A DNA stretch of 64,000 bases from Balanoglossus misakiensis (lineage: Eukaryota > Animalia > Hemichordata), in contig CM082585.2 of NCBI GenBank assembly GCA_040954595.2, positions 3,068,902-3,132,901 of the forward strand, read 5' to 3'. Each line of letters opens with the position of its first letter. Within the stretch, counting starts at the first letter, position 1. The position numbers and the translations under genes were made by a program. Under the pieces are notes generated by a model, which was given only the letters and a program-made list of their open reading frames with translations, made no database searches and was not told the origin of the DNA. Positions 26,687-41,600 of this stretch are shown here, piece by piece.

Positions 26687-29600
26687 TCACGCAAACGTAG
26701 TGAAATTATCGATGCATGCCATACGAATACGTTCCATAGTAGCCGGGCAATCTAGACGGAATACACCATAGACACCGGCTTCGGCTCTGGCTGAATAGAT
26801 GGCATCCTTGATTGCAAAATAAATGGAGCTTCCCAAGAATAATGGCGGCTCCCCAACATTCTGAAAGTCAAAATCAAAATCAGATGTTGGTTAAATGGGT
26901 TAATAGACTAGTACAAAAACACTGCCAAACGAAAAGATTGAACAAGCAAGCAAGCAAACAATAATGTTATTAAGTAGTAAAGACAACATTTTTGAATCAA
27001 TTGATCAGTACTGTTAATACAGATTTTACCATGGTAGCTTTTTGTAATCAGTTCAAGAAACACAGTCATCTATGATTTCCAGATGTCCATAGAGGACCAA
27101 AGGCTTTGAATAAACATTTGGCACATTTTTTTGCATTTATTAGCCTTGGTGACTATTTTAGTGACTGTGATGTTTGCTGTGTTGCAAGTGGTTATTGATC
27201 ATATTGTACAATATAACACATTTAAGCACATGATGCATAATTCTAAAACTCTTCTTCTTTCGTCAAGCAAGCCTGTGAATATTCCTGATTGGCCGATGAG
27301 AGTCCAGTGCCATCTATTGTGAACAAAACCTATATCAATTTACCTTAGAGGAACATACTCCAAGATTATTCGGAGCTTCTTTCAACAAATGCACGTTGAA
27401 CTCCTGAGGTATATCCTGTACTCGGGGTATCCTGTATAGACCAGGGCCTAAAGTCAAAAGTTCACCAGTGACTGAACGGCGCTCATCTTCCAATACAAAC
27501 ATGCCAAACCCCTGTACAAAACCACCCTCCACCTGTTGAGTATAATAATGGTTACTAAAGCAAAGTTGAATCACACTAAATTACACTAGATAATACTGCA
27601 TAACAGTGAATAACACTTAAACTACACTACATGACAATACAATGTACTACTCTAAATTACACTAGACTAAAACTCACTACAAAGCAACAATCAGAGGTAT
27701 ATAATATCACAGTCCCTCCAATACAAATTGTGATAATATGAAGCCAAATGGAGAAGATAAAAAATGGCATAAGGGTAAAAGTAAACGAGGTACAAATTAA
27801 TGATTCTATGATTGGGGGTAGCTCGTTGTTCTTTGGTTGTCTTTTTTAAATGGGCCACATCAACTTCAAGATCGAAGGAAAGGCAGAACCACATTTTAGA
27901 TTGTAGGTGGCATATCAAATACCTACTTCTTCTGTTGAAAAAATTACGTGAGAAAAATATAGAACAGAAAACATCAGCTTTGAAACAAGCATTATTTACT
28001 TATCAGATGATAATAAGTGAAATATTACCTGCCCAATGTCAATGGCAGGGCTCAAACTTTCTCCAGCATCCATGACAATATCTGCTCTTAATATTTCAAA
28101 ATCTCCAGTCAAGCAGTCGATTTCTACTTCGGAGCATGCGCAACCATAGACAAAGTAGTATCCAACATGTCCAGACAGTTCCCTCCAGTTCAGAGGGTCT
28201 CCGGGTGGTCTGTATAGCAAGGTGTGTTAAATGTGAGTGAAAATAGTGGTGTGGGATTACTTCAAATTGGTCATTTTCATATCATTGACGTTTGTGACCA
28301 AAAAAGTGTATTCTTTTGTCCCTGGATAATTAAGAGTACACAAATTCATCAAAATTATTAACTGTTCCAGACTTTAAACTCAAAATGATAACCTCATAGC
28401 AACAATATGCCAGAATATGACACATGGATCTTTAAAATGTACAGATGGTGCAAGTTTCAGAAGAGTACCAGCTTCAGAATAGGTTTGCTTTACTTTGCAC
28501 TATTCAAACACATCAACTTATTCTGTCATGGCCTCTCTTCCCCGAGTCTGCACAGTATATGTTTGTCATTGCATCAGTAGTAAAAGATATATTCTACTAG
28601 TAGTTACCTACATGCTCAGGCCATACTAATGCTGTTGGATAACGCTTGAGTTTGTAATTGTTCAGAAGTTATATGTGTACTTACACTAGGCATAATTTTT
28701 TTTTCACATTACGGCTAAATTAAAATAATGACGGAAAAGACAATGTCACTTACTTGTAAAATCCTACTGCGGATAGGCTCACACGGTTCTTATAAGCTGA
28801 CGCCACCTACGGAAAACAAATATAAGGTGTTGTCTTATGCCTATGTTGTGTTATTGCAACAACTGGGATGCGTTTCTGACCTAATCGCCACCAAAATGCA
28901 AATTACTCTTCATGCCATCTTGTGTGTATTCAATTAGAAATGATTTATTAGCTACCGCTTGTGAGGCCTGAAATATCGCTATGCATATATCAAGGTTTCC
29001 GGAGCTTACCAAATCTTCCCACGATGCTTTAGGGTTTTCGACCATAAATGGTTCGAGCCGCTCTTGTAATTGCTCACAGGCAATCTGTTTACAAATAGCA
29101 AAGAACACATTCAGACAGTTTATTAACTCTTGTACATTTAAAGTTTGAGGGCAAGGGTCATAATAACTCAAAATTATTCCATATGATTTCAGCCCTAACA
29201 TTTAGCTTTTACGTCGTATAATCTGAATAAGCAAGTTAGAAAGTAAAACTTTCTCGCTACTCAGAGTTTTATGCTACATGGTGTAACGATTGCCAAGCGA
29301 ATGATTCGTACAATATTTTACCTTGACTGCGGTGCAGTACAAGTCACTCGCGCTGCTTGCTCCGGTCGACGAAGCGTTGGGTACTTTGTCAGTACTGGAC
29401 TCGCTCACATATATATGATCGGTTGGTATGCTCAAAACCCTACTTGCAACTTGTGTTATTTTTGTGTGAAGTCCTTGGCCCATTTCAACGCCACCGTGCG
29501 TTACCAATACAGTGCCGTCCGTGTACACATTAACCAACGCACTTCCCTATAAAAATACATTATTAGCTCCAGACGCCACTGACAATCCCACTAATTTGCT

Positions 29601-32600
29601 GCTGCTGATTTGTTAGTTGTATTGAAATAACATGACACTTTTCATAATGCTTATTCAAAATGTCTCCACTAACAACTAAATTAATACATAATGGTACACA
29701 GGGATCAATGAATAAATGAATGGTTGGATAGATGGATGGATGGATGGATGCATGCATGCATGCATGCATGCATGCATGGAAGGAAGGAAGGAAGGAAGGA
29801 AGGAAGGAAGGAGGGGAAGGATGGAAGGGGGGCTGGGTGAGATGGATGGTTATATAATTGAATTATATTGTTAATAAAAGTAATGAACGAACAATACATA
29901 CCCCACCAAAAATACATATTACAAGTGGAGATGGCTGCAGATACACATATAATTTTTTTAATAATTTTTGAACTTTCTTTAAATGTTGTCGAGACTGACA
30001 GAACCATTTTTATTTACCCGACAGGTCAAGCATTGACTATTTGAAGCAAGTCTTCCCGTGTTTCATAGACCTTCCAAATATACCAATTTCATAACTTTAG
30101 AGACTGTCCGAGAAATCGGGTGGCTAGGCAGTTCATGTGGGCGGACATAGGTTGGTCAATCGTGTTAAACAGGACAAAAGATACACTTTTGTTAAAACAT
30201 AGAATTATTCCTATAATGCTTGACCTGCATTACTTGGCTAGCAACCCATTGCTACGGTTATCAGGCAAGTCTCGCGAGGTCTCGCAATGAGCAGAAATAT
30301 CTTGTCCAACATTATGACAGAGAACACAATTTTGCATATCAGGGGTCCTACCTGGTTCATTAAGCCACCGGGATATCCAACTTTCCTTTTGCATGGGACT
30401 ATAGCAATACCCCTCTTTTTCCAGCGATTGCTCCTATGAACGATAATTTGTTGCGTACCAATAATTGTTATATTTTATTATATTTAAAGGCACACGATTT
30501 TGCTGTACCATAAAATATATTTGACCGACTTTCCAGAACATTAATTTTAAGTCAAATTTGTCAGAAAACATTTTGAATTGCTGTTATCAATCGTGTTGAG
30601 TATGCCCCCTAAAAGTACAATTCTTAAACTTCTTCTCATATTACAATTTTCGATTAACATCTCTTAAAATTGAGAAAATATGCTGGGAGCATAGTGTCAT
30701 TGAATGAGAGAAAAAATTGACCATATTTAAAATTCAACATGACTGACAGTCGCTAAGCAATTTTAGTTAATTACTTTCATGAAAACAGGGCAGTGGACAA
30801 CTTATTTCCTTCTTTGACTTCAGAAACCAGTTTCATAATTTAATATGGCAAAAAAGTTAATGCTTTTAAGATGGGTAATATTTCTGCAGATCTATCCCTG
30901 GGGCGTATTTAACTGTAATTGCATGATTGATTCTGTTATTACGTAGTAGTTTGACTTTATGCATAGTGCATTCACGTTTTGAACAAATGTCGTTAGCATA
31001 AGTAAAAAGTTTCAACGAGTAAACCAAAAGAAATATATTTAAGTTTAACCTGTTATAATAATCGATTTCAGTACGCCTTTCATGGTAGCCACAATATTGC
31101 AAACACTCGTCCCAGCAACGTCTAATGTTGCCAGCTTGGTTCAACACCTGCCTCATGTGGTCAAAATCATCGGTTTTCGAATACATGTTGAGTTCTCTTA
31201 TCTGAAGATACAAGACATAGGTAGTAATGGGTGCCATTTGTGCATTTATCACTTAACATAATTATTATGCCCAAAAGTCTCATTTTTTCTATCTATATCT
31301 ATATCAGGAATAGTTTGTAAAAATTCTTTATAAAGACTCCTAATAATATTAAACTATATTCAAATACATCAAACTTATATATTAAAGCCCGGAGAGCTGC
31401 CACTATTTGCATTATTTTCATGGTTTTAGTTTTGAACTAAGATGGGTTCATCTAAATAATCTTACTGATTGGTATACATGAATATCTTCTTGTGGCACCC
31501 GATTGTGCCTGTAGGGTGCAATTTGAACATGTGATATATTAAATGGGTGCCGCACCCGGTTAATTTGCCTCCATACTAAGAGTACACACCTATTGTTTTA
31601 TGCGTCGCTAAGAGATGACAAATTCGTGCAAATACAAGTGAAATGGGTTAATGGTTGCGATTTTAAAAGATGGGGAGAAGATTTGAAATGTTTGTTGTGG
31701 AAAAAATATGGGAAATTTGGCAGCTCATATGGCTTTAAAATAGATAAAAAATCATGTAAATATTATGATAAGAAATATGTCAATGAGTATAATATAGTAA
31801 TATATTATAAATGGCGAAGTATGCAAAATAATTAACAACATTGTTTAGCGTTGGCATCCAAAACGCTGGGCTGCCGTGTTCACATGAGCCTGTCTCGGGC
31901 GTATGTTGACTTTGCTTCCTTCATTCGCTATTATGACTGTGTGGCAAAATAAACCCAGAAAAGCCAGATATCTAAATAATCACTTTTTGCACACTGTGGC
32001 GTGTCCGATTTTCATGGTTTACTACAACGCATTCAGAGCCCTTTCGCTGGCTATCAATACAATGCAAATATGTACGGCAGTCCATAATCAGCGAATGTAC
32101 TGCAACTTATACAAATTCAGCCAAAGATACCATGGAAAGTTGAAATCTAGACACTCACAAATTTTACATGGGTGTCTATGCATGCATAAAATGCACGATT
32201 CGATCACTTGGGAGACACCTAAAACCCCAGCTATAGCTGTCAAATTTCACATATTTTTCCCCACATAAAATACTTCAAATATATTGCCTATCCTCTAAAA
32301 TCCTCATCATTAAGCCATATTACTTGCATTTGTATATCTCGTTGTCATCTCTTGGCGACGCATACCATGTTAGCTGCGTACTGTTTGTATGGAGCCTGAT
32401 TAAATCGGTGCGACACCCACGTTCAATGGAAACAAGGGCGAAAGTTCAAGCTGATGCCCCTTTAATCACGTACCTGGACTTGCGGCATACTGCATTTAAC
32501 GGCGATGTCGTTGATGACTGACTCGATGAACATGTTGCCTTGTGGAGTGCCGAAACCACGCATTGGGCCGAAGGGTGCCACGTTGGTCAAACAGGCGATC

Positions 32601-35600
32601 CCAGTTGCCCTCAAGTGGCGGAGATTGTAGACGTTGTCAATGGCCATGATCGCCTGCTCCACGCCCTGCAGAGCACCGTGATTCTGCATCGGTCGCAATG
32701 AAAGCAAGGATGTATTAATAAAGCCCCATGGATGTCATTTTATGGTAATGTTATGTATTCCGTGAAATACTCCAATTTCCCATTATCCTCAGTCGACCGA
32801 TGAAAACATATTAAATTTGTAGGGATTCTTTCATCCATGTCAAGTCGCCATTTTGACTTTGCGGACATACGATAATGTTGTACCTTTGCAATGTGCGGCT
32901 GATAAATGGGTGACACAACCGTTTTTATTTAACTTGATCGTATTTATATACTAGTCTTATTTAAGATTGAATGTGAAACTGCGATAATAATGCAAACAAT
33001 GGCAGCTACTGTGTCAATGAAAATCAATAGTGGCGCAATTAAGACAGATGGCTTATAACCATGCACGATTTGTCAGTAGATCCTGTACTAGATTACCCCA
33101 AGCAAATCGAGGAATAACAGTAGCAGCGTATAATCGCCATCTTATCAATTCCTGCTAATTTGCCTAGTATTACTATTAGCGACAGTTTCAGGCGAACTAT
33201 AGCATGAGCATGTCTTATTAAGCATTCGTGGATTATTATCATTTCTGCTAGTTAATTTCACCATGCGCAATTTAATTAAAACCTAATTAATATTATATTA
33301 TATCATGCTACCGTCCGCCATTCTGATTGGACGAGAGCTGAATCCAGCGATGGTAAAATACTGTTTTACCATGGCTAGCAGTCTGTGGTAAAACGGGCCC
33401 CTGAACTAGCATAGTACGAATGCCCTGCGACTAGCGATGTCACTTTTTGTCAGCTACAACTATTTATCCGCAACCATGGCTGCGTACTCGGAAAAGCTTA
33501 CGGGAGAGGATTTCCTAAATGAGACTGTCGAATTGGAAAGAAACACCTTGTCCCGGTTTGCAAATTTTGGAGAGGAAGAGCTTGACAAAATCGAAATTCG
33601 TAAGGACGAGAACGCGACGACGAAACAGACTGTTTTGAGAGTGAAAATACTAAAAGGAGAGTTGGCTATATTGAACACCTATTGCCTGGTCATAAGTGCC
33701 ATAGCAGCCGTTTATTACCCCCGAAGGGCTGTGAGTTACCAGAATCATATGCTATTTCGCTCGGCCCACGGCCTCGGAAAATAGCATGTGATTCTGGAAA
33801 CTCACAGCCTCTCGGGGTAATAAACGGATGCAATGGCCCTCATGGCCAGGCAATAGGTTCAGACGATATGTTGCACTATAATACTTTCTAATAAGATCTC
33901 CATCTTTTTATGCAGAATGGCTGGCAGAAAAGGGTTTAGACCAGGAATTTAAAAAAAACAACCTCAAGGTTTGGCGATGTTACGTCGATTCTATGCGGAA
34001 GCACGAACCAAACACGGCGAGAGATACGGCAAATCTTTGATTTGACCTCTTGCCCCATTTCTTGTACATATATTGCTTTTTTCGACAAGTTATCGTTTTG
34101 AATTATATAATAAAGTTATTTGTATTCATGCAGTGTGTGTGTGTGTTGGCGATGTGACAGGTTTAAATATGCTCGGTCACAGGCCACATATTTCTGACGA
34201 CGTCTATCTCGAAGCTGTGACTCGCTTTTCAGGCACGAAATAACCGGAGAATCGGATTACGGCGGTATACACACATATTTTAATATAATAAAACAGCAAT
34301 ACACCACGCCGAAGTCGGGTATAGTCGCGAATTTTACCAAAATCTCGTGTGTACCCGCCTTCGGCGGGGGTTGTTACCTAACTTAAATTTACCAAACGAC
34401 GCGGCCATTCTTAAACTTACACATTTCGGCACTCCTACGGACAAGCCGGCGCCAGCATTCCCATATATGGTAATGTCAAGTGCACAAAGGCGACCACATC
34501 CGGAATATCCAACCTTATATCGAGCCATCATCGGTATATTTCGTGTAGTAGCCTTCATGTCATCATCACGACTTAGAACCAGACGAACAGGTTTTTGAAC
34601 TCTAAATTAACAGAGACCGAGAAAAAGGGGGAAACATTTATATTTTCTTATATTCTTTCCAGTCCTCAGTCGCGAACTTAACGAGTGGTTCTTTCCATTT
34701 TGTTTTCTTGTCAGTGGTCAAAGCACCGTCACGTTATCATTGTATTTATGACGAATTTTGGCAACTTGGTTTCCTTGACGCAGTAGGTACAAACTTGTCA
34801 CAACCAAAAGTAGTGGACAAGCAAAAGGAAAACAATACCATAATTTTTGTATTTCTATATTAGTTCAGTGTCTTGTACCGTAAAAGCTTGATGTGGCAAC
34901 CGTAAGATCACACATAACACATAAATAAATTACCAGAACAGATCAGAGATTGCAGCCATTATATATAATTGCTCACAGTATTTGCCTACTTACTTTCGAG
35001 CCGCTACTGCTGTAGCTGAAGCAAAACTTCCCATGGTGCCAAGTTTACCTCCAAAGCATCCGCCTAGACGCTTGACTTTACAAGTAACCTTGTTGAGGGG
35101 AATTTTCAGTGCTTTGGCTACAGCCGTCTGATGCGAGTAGACATAAAATAACAATACACGTTATGTTGGCTCAATTTGATTCATTTACGAGTGACTGTTC
35201 ATGCCGATCATTATATTAAAAGACCATGTCACACGTCTCGATAAAGAAGTGGATGTCCAGAAATGTCATTTACCAAAACATTGGAAGTTGCGAACTAGAA
35301 GAAAGCTTTGTTATCCGTGTATTTACAGATATGTGACATAATGTCTGTCCCCACCGCCAGAAACGGTAGATTTTGACATTTCAAAACAAAACGAAACTAC
35401 ATGTATATGAATAGCACTGTGTGGTGTGTCGACAGTTCATTTCGTGAGAGAAATATCTCTATCAAGCACCTGGGTAAGATTTTGTGCCTGCGTTGTGCAG
35501 ATTACTTCAATCTCATCGTTCTCGCGAGGTCGACATATGCAAGCGTGGGTCTCCATGTAGAAATGCTCCTGAGACCCAATCATTAACTTGCCGTCCATAA

Positions 35601-38600
35601 CATGTTCGCACTTCTCGAATTCTTCATCAACATTTCCAATGTTGTGCTCGATACGGTCCTCGCCAAATGTTCCCAAAGCAATTGATTCCTACAGTAAAAT
35701 GGAGATTAACTAACTCAAACATTCGTCAAAAAGAAGGATTACAAATATTGCTTAAACATGTATATTCTTTGAGTATATGGGACACGGGTGGTCATTTGCA
35801 GCAGCAAAGCGTGCCTTTGATTAAATCAATGTTAAATTGCTCAGTTTAAAAATAACAGAAATTAAAAAAACAACAGCACGTGAAACATGCTGAGTATGCT
35901 TTTTTTACATTTAAATTATAATCCAACCCATCAAAACACACCACGATCAAACCGTTACTAAACAAACCTGTAGGGTCAATATCGGTACCAAATCTTCGTA
36001 ATCAATATTGACCAACTTCACAGCTATGATGGCTGTCATGCGGTCAATGGCAACTATGGCCCCAATTGGTTGTCCTATGTACGTAACCTAGCAACAGAGA
36101 AAACACACAGACTGAATAAGTAAAAAAGCCAAATATCATAATATGTGGTTTTCAGACATTTCATCTTCCAAATAATGTTAAATGTTTCATAATTATATTA
36201 AGTACACTGAGTAAAATTATTTAACATGTTAACTCTGAGCATGTATGAGCATGCGCGTCAAGGGTTCTTTTGTAACATGGGGCCAAACAGAAGTATGCAA
36301 TTTTCCACAATTCACGTCTCTCTGTCAGATTTCGTGTGGCTGTGCAGTTCATATAGGATGGCATTGCTATGTGTTTTAGGGCAAAGTTCATAAGGTCAAT
36401 CATGTTAAAGGACAAACATTTTTTTTACAAAATTTGTTAAACTATGCACAGCTACTCAGTAAAATTTTATATGAAAATAGAGTACGCGCATATTTTGACA
36501 AATATTGTAACCTTTGTGACGGTTAACGATGGCCCAGGTGTTACATATGCTAATAATTACCGATGTATCTGCAAAGATGAATAGGTTATCGCCTGGGACA
36601 TCAGTTTCTCCGACGAAACAGCGAACACCCTTAATTTGTAAAGCTCTAGACGCATCAATTGATCTGTGTTAAAGAGATGTTATGTTATACATATTTTAAA
36701 AGCATTTTACCTTTCGTCAACAAGTGTAGAATGTAAAATTAAAGCATCATAAAACATTTTTGTAAAATGAATATATGGAGGAGAGGCCAGACTTACATAA
36801 TTTTAGCATGCGATCGTGTGCTAAGCACCAAGGCCATATGCAATTCACCTGCAACATAAATATGAATGTCGCAGATATTACCGATAATGATCTATCATAA
36901 GTTTATTAAAACTGTCAAGTCGGTGTGTGTTTTACCTTTTTAGAAAATGTGCCATTTTTTTCGAATATTACTCAACAAATACATTGACAAGTTAAACGTG
37001 TTAATTAATATAAATGTAATAACCTACAATTGAGGTAATTGTCCGAATAGACAAGCGTACGATGTACAAGTACATAATTCCGGTTATTTTGTGAATAACT
37101 GCCAGGCGAACTTGATGAACAATAATTGATACAAATGTATTAAATTGGTCGATATCGGATTTTCTAGGTTTCAGTTTCTGCCATAGCTTAATTTGCATAT
37201 CGAACACGCCTTGACCTCACGCATCACATGATGATGGTGAGTTGCCACTCAAGAGGGCGCCGTCAATGACCGTTTGAGTGTCAGACGCGGTGCAAGACGT
37301 CTCTCCAAATCCGTTTCGTTCAGCCAATGAGAGCGCTGAAGTGGCGTTCAAATTGAGGGGCGGTAGGTAACTGATTCGTCAATGGCGTTACACCGGAAAT
37401 ATCACCATGGTTGCCTACTTTCGTCACAATTGCATTCTCATAGATCGATCGTCAATAATCGCCATAATTATTGCATGCCAATAATTTTCCTAACAAATGT
37501 ATGTTACTAATTGAAGGATTTGTTGTTCTTTGGTACAACAGAACCAGTTAATTGTATACACAAAGTCATGCAATGAGGCAAGACAACATCTCTTCTCCAG
37601 AAAGTAAAGGGTTCTTAAGAATATTCCTTCTACGCATGAAGCTATTAAGAACATGTGCTATGGGAAACCTGGCAAAGTTAAATCATTGACAGCATTTCTC
37701 TTTGTTACTGTGAAGGAAGATGTCATTAAGATTGGTATGATACATGTACATCAGGATTAGGATAATATACACATGAATGTATGGTGGCAAGCATGTTTTA
37801 CAACCCACATTTCTGCTTTTTAAATAAATGGCCAAAAAGTGCCATTAATGGGAAAAAATGCGAATGTCAGTTTCTGACCACAAGACGGCGCTGTCTTTTT
37901 GGATCCATATTGGAACATGTTTGCCATAGGTTAACCAACCAACTAGAGCTCGTTCTGTAATTTCTGCAATGAACGCGCTAGTTCACAGATTCCTTCGGCT
38001 GAATTTCATGGAGGATTTTGACTTATTTTGCATCCTGGTTCACCAATTAGTTTAAATGATAACAACTGTGTACTTTTTATATCGAATTAGTCTGATCCAT
38101 TTTTGATATCGTTATTGTTTACATAGAGCAATGGTAATGTCAAAGGTCAAAACTTTGGATACCCAAGTCCAATAACCCTGATGTTACAGAAGTCCGGGTC
38201 CTCAATTGCATGGTCATTGTATTCTGATACCGAGAATTATTGTATTACGGATTTCAATAGTTAACACCAGCTACTGTATAATTACAGAATAATGAACGCC
38301 CCAAAGACCCATAATGGACGAAAGCACACATTGTGCGTCATAATATACGAGGAAGTATATTATGACGCACAATGTGTGCTTTCGTCCATTATGGGTCTTT
38401 GGGGCGTTCATTATTCTCATTATTTTATAGTTTTGTCAATGCCAGTGAATTTGCAGACTTCAAAAAGTATAGGTGCGAACAATTCAGACTCGGACACGGA
38501 GATCGAGAACAGAGCAATGGCGTACGCGTAAACAAAAGGTCACCTGATCGTGGTGTGTCAGTGTACTGTACATTTCTAGTATCATCGATAAATAATGAAG

Positions 38601-41600
38601 GTTTATTTACGCATGTGAAAATTCATTTAAGGGTTCTGCTGAAATATATCTGAAAAAGTTTCAATTTTTGTGTAATCTTGGGGAGGACTCGGGGAATATT
38701 TGAATTCGTTTGCGTTCTCAGGAAAGTTCACGTATACGGGCGCTCGGAAGGTTGCAATACATAAACAAACTCGCCCTGGATCGACCCTCCGTACCGCGTA
38801 GACAACATGACAAGTGACACTTGCGGCATATTTTTTTTTACGTATAGCTTCGTTGACAGGACTGCTTGGTACATGGTACACGGTATGTATGGTGAACGAA
38901 TGTCAAATCCAGCATCATCGAGAAGTTTGCTTTACGTGCGTGAGCGAGCCATGTTGACTGCGCGTGATTCAAGAGCAGACGACATGTACTGCAGCCGTAG
39001 GAAGAAAAAATAAACAAAACGCCAGTCGAGGACAGATTTGGAAATTAATAAATATCGCCGTATTTATTCTGTGTACGTTTGCATTTCTTTTTTAGCCCTT
39101 AAAATGTTCGCATTGTTTGAAATCCACCGTTATTCAGTCGGAAATTGTACACGTCCACTGGTTCTTGGGCGCGTCGCGCGTCCATCGAATAACACGATAC
39201 ATTATCAGTAATAATGTATAGCTATGACGTCACAAAATTCACTGGTATTGATAAAGCTATAATATAATAATGGATATTATTTTCAACATTACATGCTAAT
39301 CACTTTGTGTTAGGTTCGACATAACTGAAATTGATATCTTAAAATATATGAAGTCTATACTGGCAAAGAATAATATAAGATCACCTTGTTCTACAGGTAT
39401 GTCATCACAAAAATATGCTTCGCCGGTCACCTGTTGGTACGCAGAGTGATGCATGACGGGACGGCCTACTACGTCGGCTTCCAGCTGTCCAATAGACACT
39501 TTCTGTGTATGATCATGTTAATATAATAAAGGAAATTTACAGTGAAGGCTATGTAATAGTTTCACTGGTTCCAATGTAATTTTGGCAACATACATACATA
39601 CATACATACATACATACATACATACATACATACATACATACATACATACATACATACATACATACATACATACATACATACATACATACATACATACATA
39701 CATACATAAGTGTGTCTTATTCGAAAATGCTTTAACATGACTCTTTAGTCTGCATCAAAGAAAGAGGGGGAGAGAGAAAGAGAGAGAGGGAGAGAGTAGT
39801 CATTGTATTGGTCAATGACTTTAGGATCACGTGTTTATTTTCGACAAAACAGGTTATTTCCGAAGGGGATTTCAGGAGCTACCTTGAAATAAGTAATTAC
39901 CACACAACATGTGTGTATGTATGTATGTGTGACCACCACGGGCGACTTATAGTTCTCCTTTTTCTCCTTTGATGTTGTGCTTTGATCATTCCCGACACTA
40001 TTGGAGTCTTTGGGCTAACTTGGTGGGTATACCCTTCAAATATAGACAATACTGAAATCACGTGTCACTAATTTCAGCATGCAGGGGAATATGAAGATAA
40101 AAAAGAATAACACACAGGTATTACATGAAAATGGACCGTTCTCAATTAAGAACAGACTTGTACCAACAAATGCGCCAAAATGTGAATAGTTTTCTTCGAT
40201 TTTTAGATAGAGCAACTATATTGCTGATAACAAACTGCATTAACACATGCAGGCGGCGGAATCACTGCAAAGACGATGACGCAAACCTAGCAATGCCGAA
40301 AATACTTAAAATTAATGGACCGATTTTCGTGTATTGCGGAAACCGACTTTCGTTGTTGAGTGTTCTATTCAAGGACAAAAATTAAATGTTCCATATAAAA
40401 CTATATGGTTGACTTAAGTATCAGTACAGTTTCTATACTACATGTTGAACTTTCTATTTTTACGTTTCATATGCCAACACTGTGATAGTTGTATAACTCA
40501 CTGGCAGTGCACCCAGGGTAGAGTATACGCAGTCAAAATGGCATGTCACCATTAATGATGCCTTTGACCGCATATTCAGCATGTCTAAAAGCCTCTAGAA
40601 GTGCCACTTTTTGCATTATTTTCATGATTTCATTTTCCAACTTATATATGTACATCATTTATAAACTTACTGTTAGGTATACATGAACACCTTATCGATG
40701 CTCGATTGTGATTGCATGTTGCAATTTGAACGTGCTATGTATTAAAAACGTGCCGCACCGTTTTAATTAGCCTCCATACAAACTGTACGCAGCTATCGTG
40801 GTATGCGTCGTCAAGAGATGACAAACTGATGCAAATGCAAGTAATATGGCTTAATGGTGAAGATTTTAAAGGATAGGGAATATACTTGAAGTATTTTACA
40901 GTGGAAGAAATATGTGAAATTTGGCAGCTATAGGGGCTTTAACCCTTCTTCTCGCCACCGTAACAGCCGTGACAGCCGGTGCATTTTCCCTAATTGAAAA
41001 TGACCGTAAACAGGAAACTCGAGATATATTCAAGTGTCGAAAATTACTTCTGGGAACACAACGATGTTCCAAGCAGAGGCCAGCGGCATACATGCGGGTA
41101 AAAGCCCGGCACGCTCCATCAGTAGCCCGTTCGAAGCAGTCGCGCACTGAAATTGGCCGCACCTTCCATTCAAATGAAGAAAGCCATCGTGATTTTCGGA
41201 AATTCAAGGCTGGGGGGAAACTGTCACATTTGGTTGATTACTCTCACAAATGGAGATTGCACCTCTTCAGTACCAGTACCCTCGGGTCTGAACCATGTGC
41301 ACCTTCGATGCAACGATTTATCCGTCAGTCCTAAGCCGTTTCAATACTCTCGGTTATTTTAACTTCACGTGATTCGATCGTAACACGTCAGCGGACAAAA
41401 ACACAACTTTTTTTTATTTTCTGTACACGTGCACACACTACTTGAACTTACAGCGCCGAAACGGGCGGGTCTGGTTTCTATAGAAACAAGACAACTAGCC
41501 CACTAGCATAAACATGCACTCCCAGATGAGCTTCGTATTTCGAAACTTGCCACAGCTGTTACATGTCCTTTGACAGCACTCCAAACGCAATCCATGTACA

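Noticed and set aside
40921-41334. 137 aa ORF with a signal-peptide-like start, identical at 48514-48927
   Set aside because: It starts at TTG across the end of a TTAA MITE, and its identity simply reflects the recent duplication. There is no splice or domain support.
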